A DNA stretch of 64,000 nt from Spirochaetia bacterium (lineage in GTDB: Bacteria > Spirochaetota > Spirochaetia > SZUA-6 > Bin103): assembly GCA_965198005.1 (NCBI GenBank), contig CBDAOI010000003.1, positions 960,001 to 1,024,000 on the forward strand, read 5' to 3'. Made by a program: the position numbers and the translations under genes. This document shows positions 21,360-31,700 of the stretch, piece after piece; within the stretch, counting starts at the first letter, position 1, and each line of letters opens with the position of its first letter. Below the pieces are notes generated by a model. It was not told where the DNA came from, did no database searches, and was given only the letters and a program-made list of their open reading frames with translations.

Positions 21360-21381
21360 CGGCTGATCTCAGGGGAAAAAG

Positions 21382-21423
21382 GGAGCTGGGAGGCGCGCCT
21401 GCAGGCGACAGCCTCCCGGTTCC
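21382..21423 (+). terminator. GC-rich hairpin after the SBP stop (terminator or mRNA-stabilising stem)
   Basis: ggagctgggaggc...gcctcccggttcc. No U-tract. A similar stem follows the paralogous SBP remnant (39194-39231). Confidence 0.5.
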
Positions 21424-21445
21424 GATACTCCTGGAGGGGACACTT

Positions 21446-21832
21446 GTCATTCCGGGCGAAGACCCGGAATACAGAAAACGCACCATTTGAAATTACTCTG
21501 GATTCCCGCCCCGGATCCAGTCCGGGGCAGGCTTTTCGCGGGAATGACGGGAACGGGGGATACAGGGGGATGGGGCCTTCACCAACGATGGGCTACAGGT
21601 GTTCTATCGAGTGATCCTTGAACCCTGGACAGGGGGAATCAAGGGGGACACCCCCTTGAACCCCCGTTTCAAAGGGGTTTCACGCCTCTGGACTCCCCAA
21701 AACGGTGAGAGGCGAGTTTCTTGGCAGGGGTCATTCGCACCTTGGAGAGTGCCGTGTGAGCCGGGGAAGGGGATCGTCTAAGTGGATTGCGGCCCCGGAT
21801 CCATTCCGGGGCAGGTTCTTCGCCGCAATGAC
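21446..21832. repeat. cluster of REP-like palindromic elements between SBP and permease genes
   Basis: gtcattccggg..cccggaat / ctggattcccgc..gcgggaatgac arms; 24-bp palindrome gccccggatcca(g/t)tccggggcagg at 21508 and 21792; further hairpins at 21630-21700. Confidence 0.75.
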
Positions 21833-21847
21833 AAGGAGTAGTGTGAC

Positions 21848-22846
21848 ATGAGAGCCTATATTATCAGGCGGTTATTGCTGATAATCCCCACCTTGTTTAT
21901 ATTGAGCACCCTGGTCTTTCTCTCCGTCCGCTTCATCCCCGGCGATACAATAGACGCAATGTTGGGTAAGGATGTCACGGGTCGTGAGGTAGACCGTGAA
22001 GCGCTGGAGCATATGCTGGGATTGGACGTGCCTGTGCACGTGCAGTATGGACGCTGGATAGGAGTGTTGCCGACCCCTGACTGGGTTACCGGTGAGTCCC
22101 GCTACAACGGTCTCCTCCAGGGCACCCTTGGCCGGTCACTGCATCACCGCCAGGAGGCGGTAGAGGACAGTATATTCGGTAGATTGCCGATCACCATTGA
22201 GCTTGGTTTCATGGCAATCGTAATCGGGCTGCTGATAGCCCTGCCAGTCGGCATCTACTCGGCGATTCGCCAGGATACCGCCGCCGACTACCTGGGGCGC
22301 TCCATCGCCATCATCGGCATGGCAACTCCCAACTTCTGGCTGGCACTTATGGTCATGCTCTACCCGGCACTCTGGTGGGGCTGGTCGCCAGCGATGGAAG
22401 TGATTCCTTTCACGGAAGACCCGCTGGGGAATCTGGGGGTGTTCATCATTCCCAGCGTGATTCTGGGGACGGGCATGGCTGCGATAACAATGCGGCTGAC
22501 GCGCACCATGATGCTGGAGGTCTTAAGGCAGGACTATATCAGGACCGCCTGGTCTAAGGGCCTCAAGGAGCGGGTAATCATAATCAGACACGCCGTCAAA
22601 AATGCCCTCATCCCGATAGTTACCCTGATAGGCCTGCAGTTGCCGATCCTGATAGGTGGCTCGGTCATCATGGAGAACATATTCAACCTTCCGGGGTTGG
22701 GTCGTCTCATGGTGGTTGCCCTCGAAGGCAGAGACTACCCGGTGGTCTCCGGGGTAAATCTCTTTTTCGCCGTCGTGGTTATGGGGGCCAATCTAATGAT
22801 CGACCTGATTTATCCCTATCTAGACCCCAGGGTCCGTTATAGATAA
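21848..22846 (+). CDS. peptide/nickel ABC transporter permease (DppB-like)
   Basis: MRAYIIRRLL, MLEVLRQDYIRTAWSKGL, LDPRVRYR; AAGGAG RBS. Confidence 0.95.
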   Translation: MRAYIIRRLLLIIPTLFILSTLVFLSVRFIPGDTIDAMLGKDVTGREVDREALEHMLGLDVPVHVQYGRWIGVLPTPDWVTGESRYNGLLQGTLGRSLHHRQEAVEDSIFGRLPITIELGFMAIVIGLLIALPVGIYSAIRQDTAADYLGRSIAIIGMATPNFWLALMVMLYPALWWGWSPAMEVIPFTEDPLGNLGVFIIPSVILGTGMAAITMRLTRTMMLEVLRQDYIRTAWSKGLKERVIIIRHAVKNALIPIVTLIGLQLPILIGGSVIMENIFNLPGLGRLMVVALEGRDYPVVSGVNLFFAVVVMGANLMIDLIYPYLDPRVRYR

Positions 22847-22864
22847 AGGAGGAAAATCGGGATT

Positions 22865-23797
22865 ATGAGTGATATCACAAGGATACCATCAACAGTAAGC
22901 GAGCCAAAGAGACGCAACGCGGTGGCTGATTTCTTTACCAGGCTGTGGAAGGAGAAGCCACTGGGTACTGCCTGCGGGATTATTGTATTGATATTGATTT
23001 TTGTGGCTATCTTTGCCGATGTTCTGGCTCCTTATCCATATGATGAAATACACCTGTACGACATGCTGCAGGGCTCATCAGCCCAGTATCTGCTGGGTAC
23101 CGACCAGCTGGGGCGAGACTTCTTGAGCCGCATTATCTACGGTGCTCGTATTTCGTTACTTGTCGGTCTGGCCGCGACCGGTGTTAATGTTGTCGTCGCT
23201 ACCCTGATAGGTGGCACTTCAGGATTCCTTGGTGGTAAATTGGACCTGGCTGTGCAGAGATTTGTCGATGCCTGGATGTGTTTCCCGGGACTGCTCCTGT
23301 TGTTAACCATAATGTCCCTGGTGGGGCGGGGTGTGCCACAGATAATACTGGTCCTGGGGATAGCCGGAGGCATCGGCGGCTCAAGAATAGTCAGAGGCGC
23401 CGTTATTGGCATAAAGGAGAACGTGTATGTTCAGGCGGCGGAGGCGATTGGTAGCTCAAGATGGAGAATATTTGTGCGACATGTCGTGCCCAATATTATT
23501 CCTGTCGTAATCATCATATTCAGCATCAACATCGGAGGCGTAATCCTGAGTATAGCTTCTCTGAGCTTCCTCGGATTCGGTCTGCCAATCCAGATTGCTG
23601 AGTGGGGAGCTCTGCTCAGCCGGGAAGGGCGTAAATACATGGAGCAGGCGCCACACCTGGCTCTCTTGCCGGGTCTTTGCATGACTATTACCGTTTACAG
23701 TCTAAATATGTTCGGCGACGCGGTGAGGGACCTGCTCGATCCGAGGCTGAAGGGCGGCGGTGGTGGTCTCGGTGCCGGAGCCGCCGGGTCGGTTTAA
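22865..23797 (+). CDS. peptide/nickel ABC transporter permease (DppC-like)
   Basis: LLGTDQLGRDFLSRIIYGARISL, LSFLGFG, NMFGDAVRDLLDPR. Confidence 0.95.
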   Translation: MSDITRIPSTVSEPKRRNAVADFFTRLWKEKPLGTACGIIVLILIFVAIFADVLAPYPYDEIHLYDMLQGSSAQYLLGTDQLGRDFLSRIIYGARISLLVGLAATGVNVVVATLIGGTSGFLGGKLDLAVQRFVDAWMCFPGLLLLLTIMSLVGRGVPQIILVLGIAGGIGGSRIVRGAVIGIKENVYVQAAEAIGSSRWRIFVRHVVPNIIPVVIIIFSINIGGVILSIASLSFLGFGLPIQIAEWGALLSREGRKYMEQAPHLALLPGLCMTITVYSLNMFGDAVRDLLDPRLKGGGGGLGAGAAGSV

Positions 23798-23865
23798 CAG
23801 AGCCAGCCGGGGCGATCTCGTGGGCAGCGTGCTGAGGCCTGCGCTGCGTGAGGGCAAGATCTTTC

Positions 23866-23955
23866 ATGATCAAGAGTGAGCTTCTCAACGACGTTCGTCG
23901 ATGGCTGCGCTTCGGCCGCGAGGACCTCGAAGTTGCCGAGGCGCTCTTGTCCGTC
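23866..23955 (+). pseudogene. N-terminal fragment of HEPN-domain protein
   Basis: MIKSELLNDVRRWLRFGREDLEVAEALL resembles the first HEPN helix; it then turns into unrelated sequence. Confidence 0.5.
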
Positions 23956-24203
23956 GGATCACAGAGTCCGCCGGGCAGGGGGAGGACCGGGGTGGGTGAC
24001 CGCGCGCCCATGAAGCGACGCCTCCTCGGTCGGTAACCAGGGCTGACGAGTCGAAGAACGCCCCGATTCTCCGCTGCAGCGAGTCGAGCACGCTCACTTC
24101 GACGGTCCGCGGGCGTTTACACTCGCCATTACTCGCTCAGCAAATCGGTGAAGCGCCGCTGGATGCAGTAGTTTGCGGTCCCGCCGGATGCGCTCCAGGG
24201 ACC

Positions 24204-24335
24204 TTAGTTGGCGGCAGACTGGATCTGGCGGTGCAGAGATTTGTCGACGCCTGGATGGCGTTCCCGGGGCTGCCGCTGCGACTCACCATCATGTCGTTGG
24301 TGGGGCAGGGTTTGCCGCAGATCATCGTCGTGCTG
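24204..24335 (+). pseudogene. internal patch of another dppC paralogue
   Basis: GGRLDLAVQRFVDAWMAFPGL..TIMSLVGQGLPQIIVVL, homologous to ~23230-23355. Confidence 0.8.
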
Positions 24336-25021
24336 ACGGTTTGGCGACGAACCGAGCTGGCGCCACCGACGCGCATCTGACGCGGCCCTCCGCGCGCCCA
24401 GACACAGAGATGGGAGCGCTGCGCCATGACCTGTACCGCAAGACCATCACGCTACCGTTCAGCGCGCCGCGGCTCAGCACGAAGCCAATATCGCGGTTGG
24501 CAACGCCCTGGTCGACGATGCTCGCCACGATGGTGGGCTGCATGAGATCGGCAACTGCCACGGTGGAGAGAACAGCACCGCCAGGGCGAACCACCCGGCA
24601 AAGCGGCGTAGATAGACCCGCAGGTAGCTCACGGGAGATCCGCTACCGGTATCCACGAACGCTGAGACCCTCCACCCGGCCGAAGTGGTGCTGGTTGGCC
24701 GTGATGAGCTCAGCGTCAGCATCGTGACGCGATGGCTGAGCAAGCGTCCGCAGCAGCCATGACCCCGGTGAAAACGCTCGAAGCGGCGGACGCGCTGGCG
24801 GGAACCAAGCGGACCCACGCGCATGGTTGGCCGCGGGTCGTAGCGGTGCTCGGCCGACACTCCGATCTGACCGTCGGCCTCTGGGACGCGGTCGCAAGGT
24901 CGGCCAGGTCGGCCCAGCCTTGACCTGCGTGCGTACCACGGAGACAATCAGCTCCGGACGAACTTCCGGCGACGTCGACCGCCCCTTGCGGGATTGCCGG
25001 CTGGAGGTGCGCGCGAACACG

Positions 25022-25276
25022 ATGTCCAATCACAGTGGCAGTCACATGTTGAACAGCCTGCTCGTCATGCTCGAACGTGAGTCGTACTTCTCCGAGATTG
25101 GACCGGACAAGACCACCGAGTTCGTGGTCCACATCGTGGGTCTTGCGCGAGACTACGACGGCAACCCCGGCGAGGTCCTCGACGGTATCGGCGAGCGCCT
25201 CGGCATCTGTTATGAATGCTGCGGGCGAAGCGACGATCTGGACGACGGGGCATGTGTCTCATGCCGCGGCGGGTAA
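25022..25276 (+). CDS. 84-aa hypothetical protein, helical region plus CxxC..CxxC Zn-binding tail
   Basis: Ungapped ~50% identity (41/82 counted by eye) to the N-terminus of the next gene; DGNPGEVL and RLGICYxC..CxxC shared. Confidence 0.75.
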   Translation: MSNHSGSHMLNSLLVMLERESYFSEIGPDKTTEFVVHIVGLARDYDGNPGEVLDGIGERLGICYECCGRSDDLDDGACVSCRGG

Positions 25277-25301
25277 ACTGGCTACTCCAGGATTGCGCTG
25301 C

Positions 25302-26177
25302 ATGTCCCATCATTTCAACAGCTTCTTGCTGAACGACGTTCTGACTAGGCTGGAGGCGGATTCGTTCTTCACTGACGTTGGCGAGGAACGGACACTCAGT
25401 TTCGTCCAAAGGGCCCTTGCGCTGTCCCGGCACCACGACGGCAATCCCGGGGAAGTGCTCGCCGGCGTGGGCCAGCGCCTGGGCATCTGCTACTACTGTT
25501 GGGATCGCGGCGCGGACTTGAGGCAGGGCATCTGTCAAAACTGCCGGCGCGCGGACTCGATTGGAATCGAACCGGACGAGGCCGCACGATCGTCCTCTCG
25601 GAAGGTGACGATCAGTTACGGGTTCATTGAGCAGAGGACGGTCCGGAGCGTGCTGGGGTTCCTGCCGCGGAAGTTCACCAGCGACCTCGACATCTGGAAT
25701 CTGCGTGAGTTACCGCGCAGGTGCATTGACGAGAACCTGCTCCGTGGAGAGATACACGTCGATTCCGTATGGGGCGTGGACTACCTGCCGGGCAGACGCC
25801 GGCCCTGGGGAACGCCGGTACTGATGATCGAGTTGCTGACCCATCCATACGCGAGAGTGGTACAACGCCTGCGCCGTTATGCGGCGTTACTGTCCGAACA
25901 CCTGAGTCGAACGCGCAGCATCGAGGAAAAACCTCCACTGCTCGTGCCGGTGCTGCTGTACAATGGCCTCCCCTCCTGGACGCCGCGCCAGTCCACCGAG
26001 GGATGGAACAGGTTCGAGTACACCTTCATCGACGTGGGCCGGTTGCCCCCGAACCGAGGGCGGCCACACCGGCTCACAACCGCTTTCTCGGGCGTCAGGC
26101 AACGGCACACGCTTGTGGACGATGCCTTCGACGCTGCGGAGGATGCTCTGGACACGATTGCCATGCTGACGTGCTGA
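25302..26177 (+). CDS. fusion of the same Zn-binding domain to a divergent Rpn/YhgA-like (PD-(D/E)XK) domain
   Basis: C-terminal part LDIWNLRELP..IDENL..DSVWGV..LMIELL..QRLRRYAALL..PPLLVPVLLYNG..W follows the Rpn motif order. Confidence 0.65.
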   Translation: MSHHFNSFLLNDVLTRLEADSFFTDVGEERTLSFVQRALALSRHHDGNPGEVLAGVGQRLGICYYCWDRGADLRQGICQNCRRADSIGIEPDEAARSSSRKVTISYGFIEQRTVRSVLGFLPRKFTSDLDIWNLRELPRRCIDENLLRGEIHVDSVWGVDYLPGRRRPWGTPVLMIELLTHPYARVVQRLRRYAALLSEHLSRTRSIEEKPPLLVPVLLYNGLPSWTPRQSTEGWNRFEYTFIDVGRLPPNRGRPHRLTTAFSGVRQRHTLVDDAFDAAEDALDTIAMLTC

Positions 26178-26178
26178 C

Positions 26179-26487
26179 ATGTCGACGCTCACCATTCGCC
26201 TGCCCGACGAGACCCACGGGCGACTGAAGGAGATCGCCCGGCAACGGGGTATGAGCCTGAACAAGCTTATGGAAGAACTCTCCACGGTGGCAATTACGCA
26301 GTACGATGCCGAGACGCGGTTCCGGGCGCTGGCCGCTCGGGGGTCGGTGGAAGAGGGGCTCCGGATCCTGGACAAGCTCGACGCAGCGTTCGCCGGCACC
26401 ATGGAAACGAAGGAGAACGTGTCCAGACTCGCCGAGAAGCTCCAGGAACAGACCAGGCATGGCGAAGATCCCGTTCTTCACGGATGA
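26179..26487 (+). CDS. RHH-type (HicB-family-annotated) antitoxin
   Basis: MSTLTIRLPDETHGRLKEIARQRGMSLNKLMEELS ribbon-helix-helix; the tail may be read-through. Confidence 0.8.
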   Translation: MSTLTIRLPDETHGRLKEIARQRGMSLNKLMEELSTVAITQYDAETRFRALAARGSVEEGLRILDKLDAAFAGTMETKENVSRLAEKLQEQTRHGEDPVLHG

Positions 26488-26524
26488 ACACGTGGCACGC
26501 CGATGGCTCGGTCGAAGTAAAGTA

Positions 26525-26625
26525 ATCAACGCCGAGACCTACACCATGTGCAACGCAGACCTGCTGCTGAAGGGCGAGGGCGACGCCGCCGACAACATCG
26601 TGGGCCGCCCAGCGCACTCGACGCC
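26525..26625 (+). pseudogene. short patch of a second hsdM homologue
   Basis: INAETYTMCNADLLLKGEGDAADNI vs VNAETYAISKADLILKGEGVEADNM in HsdM. Confidence 0.75.
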
Positions 26626-26711
26626 TTCCCGGCACACGAGTTCGCAACGTCGCAGAAATCCCGACAACCGGATAGGATGGTGCTCGATCGAGACTCACGG
26701 AGGACAACCGG

Positions 26712-26924
26712 ATGAGACCGGCCGAGATCATCTTCGAGGTAACCGAGGCGCCCGCGGGAGGATACGACGCCAGGGCGCTGGGGTGCAGCATCTTCACACA
26801 GGGGGAAGACTGGAGCGACCTGAAGGCCATGGCGAGAGATGCGGTGCTCTGCCACTTCGACGAAGATGACGTGCCACGAGTGATCAGACTGCATCTGGTC
26901 AAGGAAGAGGCCATCGCCGTATGA
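26712..26924 (+). CDS. small HicB-like antitoxin
   Basis: IIFEVTEAPAGGYDARALGCSIFTQGE..LKAMARDAV.CHF; GGAGG RBS. Confidence 0.75.
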   Translation: MRPAEIIFEVTEAPAGGYDARALGCSIFTQGEDWSDLKAMARDAVLCHFDEDDVPRVIRLHLVKEEAIAV

Positions 26925-27751
26925 AGTTGAACCGTCCTCGGGATAGCGAGATCACTATCGGCGAGTGGCTCGATCAAATCGGTTTAGATTCAGCAAAGAG
27001 GTTTGTCGGACGCGATGGAGAGGGACCTCCGGACTACGAAATCAGGTATAGGGGAAACACGATCGCCGTAGAAGCAACCCTCATGCATGATCCGGGAGGA
27101 TGGGGAAAGACGAAAGAAATCGCCTTCGGACGTGCGCTCAAGCGTTTGATTCAAGACGTTTCACCCGAAGACGGCGACGCTTGGAGGTGGCACTCGATCT
27201 GCGAATACGATCCCAGAGTACCCAAGCCGCCGAACAAGAGCGACGACGCATGGAAGAAACGTGTCCGAGATGCGGTCCGGTCGTCTCCTGCAGGCGGCGA
27301 GTTTCAATTGTTGCCTGAGAACGACGTGCCGGGTCGCGGCGTCGTGCTGACACTGATGCCGTCCAGCAATCAGGGAGGTTTCGCCGGAGTGAGCGTCGAT
27401 GAAGGATGCATCGTCGCCGGAACGTTATCCGAACGACTCGCATCCATCGTAAGGGACAAAGCGGACAAAGTTCGCAAAGGCAAGAGGTCGGGAAAATATG
27501 CCCAGTGGTGGTTGGTTGTCGATGACAAAGTCCTTATGGCCCCCTTCGAGACACTGACTCCCCAAGAAAGAACCGAGGTTCGCACGAGGGTACGCACGTG
27601 CGATGGAATTACTGCGTGGAGCAAGGTCATTCTCGTGAGTAGATTCCATGCGGGACGAGATCGAGGTCAAGGAAAGTGGTTCTACGCTTCTTGGGAAGAT
27701 CCGCGATACCCATCGCTTGCTGAGAGTTCGTCGTCACCGGCGGCTTTCTGA
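26921..27751 (+). CDS. hypothetical protein with probable restriction-endonuclease-like fold
   Basis: PPDYEI..IAVEAT PD-(D/E)xK-like motif, WWLVVDD; ATGA overlap with the upstream gene; lower GC. Confidence 0.55.
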   Translation: MKLNRPRDSEITIGEWLDQIGLDSAKRFVGRDGEGPPDYEIRYRGNTIAVEATLMHDPGGWGKTKEIAFGRALKRLIQDVSPEDGDAWRWHSICEYDPRVPKPPNKSDDAWKKRVRDAVRSSPAGGEFQLLPENDVPGRGVVLTLMPSSNQGGFAGVSVDEGCIVAGTLSERLASIVRDKADKVRKGKRSGKYAQWWLVVDDKVLMAPFETLTPQERTEVRTRVRTCDGITAWSKVILVSRFHAGRDRGQGKWFYASWEDPRYPSLAESSSSPAAF

Positions 27752-27849
27752 GGCTCTTCATGAGCCTCTTTCTCTCTCGGTTACGGGGTAGCACGATGAT
27801 CGCAAATACTGAGCACACTTCCTCTGCCGGGGCTCCAATACCAACGCTG

Positions 27850-28630
27850 AGCGATTTCGGCCGATCGCGGAGCGGGCGGCGGATGTTTGGGCCTCGCTCA
27901 GGCAGAACAGCAGCATAACGTTCGACCGTCTGAAACTCGAAGGTGCGGCGACCCGACGTGACCTCGTGGTTGACGTCAGCGTCGACGGATCCGACGGCCA
28001 AGCGCTCGGCGTGATGAGCCAGGGGGAGATCCACGCGCTCGCACTCAGCTTGTTTCTGCCGCGGGTGCTGCTGCCGGAATCTCCCTTCGGGTTCGTCGTG
28101 ATCGACGATGCCGTCCAGGCGATGGACCCGGGGAAGGTCGACGGTCTGGCGCGCGTGCTCTCCACGGTGGCCCAAGAGCGGCAGGTCGTCGTCTTTACGC
28201 ACGACGAGCGTTTGCCGGAATCGGTTCGCCGGCAGCAGATTCGGGCACACGTCGTCGAAGTGGTGCGGCGACTGGGCTCGGAGGTGGCGTGCCGTAGCAT
28301 TCGCGACCCGGTGACGCAGTACCCGAGCGATGCACGCGCGCTGCTGCGAACTGACGATCTGCCGCCGAGCGCCGCCGCACGAGCGGTGCCGTTGTTCTGC
28401 CGCTTGGCCATGGAATCGGCGTGTACGGAGTCGTTCGCCGGCGCCGAATCGGGCGCGGTGAGCCGCACTCCGACACCGACGAGGTACCGAACGCCGCGCG
28501 CACCCTGATTCCGAAACTGGCGCTCGCCCTGTCCGATGACGCCGCACGCACAGGAGACGTGCTGGCCCGGATCAACCGCGCCGACCGGGGCTGGGGCGAC
28601 GCCGTGAGATGGGCGAATCGTGCAACACAC
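27850..28630 (+). pseudogene. C-terminal half of SMC/ABC-type ATPase
   Basis: Signature MSQGE, Walker B VVIDDAVQAMD, H-loop VFTHD; no Walker A; frameshift near 28450-28500. Confidence 0.75.
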
Positions 28631-28632
28631 GC

Positions 28633-28733
28633 GATCACGTGGACCTGTTATGGCACGCCGTCGGCCGGCAACCCGCCGGCACGGGAGCGGTTCCAGCAAA
28701 ACCGTTTCACGGTTGCCCGGCAGCTTCGCTACG
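28633..28733 (+). pseudogene. short patch of a second hsdR homologue
   Basis: HVDL..YGTPSAGNPPARERFQQNRFTVARQLRY vs QIDLLYGTPSPGNEKAKVQYGHNRFSVTRQLRY in HsdR. Confidence 0.75.
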
Positions 28734-31700
28734 CTATAGCCGGGACGAGCCCACCTCGCTGCCAACGCCACCCGCGGCAGTGGCCACTCCGACGTACGTG
28801 GTGGCGAAGACCATCTCGGAGAGCCACCGGCGGAACGATTCGTTGTCGCTGAACTGCTTGAACAGCTCGGTGTGGTCTGCCAGGATCTCGGTCATGGCGC
28901 GTTCCAAGGCCTTGTCGTGCTCAATCCGCGCGTTTTGCTGGTCGGAGTTGGCCATCGCGTTCTGGTACGCCCTGTCTCCGGCGACCTTTGCGGGCAGCTC
29001 TTCGGCAATCACCTTCTCGATCTTGTCCTGGTCCTTCCACTCGACGTTGCCGAACCGGTCGTTGAACTCCCTGATGATGTTGGAGAGCCGCTCCATCTCC
29101 GGTTCCGGCTTCTGCCCGCCGCCGCTGGTGGATACCGGCTCGATTTCGGCGTCCTCGTCGGGAAGTTGGATATCTCGCACCGCCTGCTTCTCCACCCGGT
29201 AGCTGTCCATGTCGATGGCTTCCAGAATCCCCTTCGACAGGTCGTCCTCAATTGGGGCGGGCAGCTTGGGAACGAGGAAAGTCAGGAAGATGGAGAGCTT
29301 CTCCCACTCGGCATAGGGGTAGGGTAGGATGGCTGCCAGGAACCCGTAGGTTCGGAGGAACGCCTTCGCCTTGCCCTTGAAGTTCACCTGGCCGTCCTCG
29401 TCCAACTGCTCCCGATAGAGCGAGACGCAGGCGTCCAGGATGGGATCGAGTTGCTCGCGGTCGGCTCCCGAAAGGTACTGCTCCACCAACTCGTCCACCT
29501 GCGCCGGACCGTAGACCTGATAGCCGTCAAGCGCTGCCACAAGGTCGTGGAGCCTGTCGGGATCGGTCTCCTCCGCCAGGACCGTGGTCCGGTAGTAGTC
29601 GGCAAAGGCGGCCTGGATCGTGTCGGCATCGTTGTTGAAGTCGAGTACGAAGGCGTCGTGCTTCTTGGGGTGCGACCGGTTGAGACGCGACAGCGTCTGC
29701 ACCGCCTTGACGCCGGACAGAATCTTGTCCACGTACATCGTGTGCAGCAGCGGCTCGTCGTAGCCGGTCTGGAACTTGTCGGCGCACACGAGGAAGCGGT
29801 ACGGGTCTTCCTGAATCTTGTCGGTAATCAGGTTCGACGAGAAGCCGTTGAGGGACGCTTCGGTAACCTTCGCGCCATCATGCTCGTGCTCCCCCGAGAA
29901 GGCGGCGATGGCCCGGTAGGGGCTCTTGCGCTCCGCCAGGTAGTCCCGGATGGCGTAGAAATAGCTGATGGCCCGCTGAATGCTGCTGGTCACCACCATG
30001 GCCCGCGCCTGCCCGCCGATCCTCCGAGGCCCGATCACCTGCTCGTGGAAGTTGTCCACCATGATTTCGGCCTTGAGGCGGATGGCGTGGTCGTTGTCCT
30101 CCACGTAGCGGCGCAGCTTCTTCCCGGCGCGCTTGGTGTCGAACTCCGGGTCGCCCTCCACCGTTTTCACCAAACGGTAGTAGCTGTCGACCGGCGTGTA
30201 GTGCGCCAGCACATCAATGATGAACCCCTCCTGGATGGCCTGCTTCATGGTGTAGGAGTGGAAGGGGACGTGCCTGGTTTTCCCGCCTTCGGGAACGGGT
30301 GTGCCGAAGATCTCCAGGGTCTTGTTCTTGGGAGTGGCAGTGAAGGCGAAGTAGCTGGCGTTGGGCAGCAGCTTCTTGCTCTCCATCAGCCGGTTGATCT
30401 TGTCCTCGGTGGTCTCTTCTTCACTCTCTGAACCGGCCTCTCCCAGCGCCATGGATACAGATGCCGAAGTCCGTCCGCCCTGGCTCGAATGGGCCTCGTC
30501 GATGATGATGGCGAACTTTCGGCCTCGGTGCTCGTTCCCGATGGCGTCGAGGATGAATGGGAACTTCTGCACGGTGGTGATGACGATGCGCTTTCCATCC
30601 TGGAGCAGCCGGCGGAGGTGGCCGGAGTCCTCGGCATGGCCCACGACGGAGCCGACCTGGGCGAACTGCTTGATGGTGGCCCGTATCTGCTTGTCCAATA
30701 TCCTGCGGTCCGTGACGACGATGGCCGAATCGAAGAGTGCTTTGCCGTCCTGCTCCAGCCCGATGAGCTGGTGGGCCAGCCACGCGATGGAATTCGACTT
30801 GCCGCTGCCCGCCGAGTGCTGAATCAGATACTTGGGGCCGACTCCCCTGATGGATGCATCAGCCAAGAGCCGGCGCACCACGTCCAACTGGTGGTAGCGG
30901 GGCCATATCTGCTCTCGCCTCTTGCGTCCGGTCTTGTCGTCCCTCGCCTCCACGAGCTGAGCGTAGTTCTCGATGATGTCGGTGAGCCCGTCGCGAGTCA
31001 GGACCTGCTTCCACAGGTAGTCGGTCTTGAGGCCGTTGGGGTTGGGCGGATTGCCCGCGCCGTCGTTCCACCCCTTGTTGAATGGCAGGAACCACGACGC
31101 CTTGCCTTTGAGACGGGTACAGAATTGCACCTCGTGGTCGTCCACGGCGAAGTGGGCCAGGCAGCGGCCCAGCTCGAAGAGCTTCTCACTGGGGTGTCGG
31201 TCGCGCTTGTACTGCTCGACCGCATCATCCACCGTCTGCTTCGTCAGGCTGTTCTTCAGTTCGAAGGTGGCGACGGCCAGGCCGTTGATGAACAGGCACA
31301 GGTCCAGGGCAAGCTGGGTCTGGTCTCGGCTGTAGCGGAGCTGCCTCGTCACGCTGAAGCGGTTGTGCCCGTACTGGACCTTGGCCTTCTCGTTCCCCGG
31401 CGACGGCGTGCCGTAGAGCAGGTCGATCTGGTGCGGTCCGTGCTTGACGCCCTTGCGGAGCACGTCGATGGTCCCTCGCCGGGTGATTTCCCCTTGCAGC
31501 CGGGCCAGGAACTTGCGCCGCGTTGGGCTATCCCGGCCCAGGTCCAGCGATTCTGCGGCATTGCGCTGGGTGGCTTGCAGGAAGGCGGAGAGTTGGGCCA
31601 GGTCTACGCAGTACTCCCGGTCGTAGTCCTGCGAATCTCCGCATATCCAGCCCGCGCCGTAGCCGGCCGGCCGCTCGCGCACCATGCCCCCCTGCGACGG

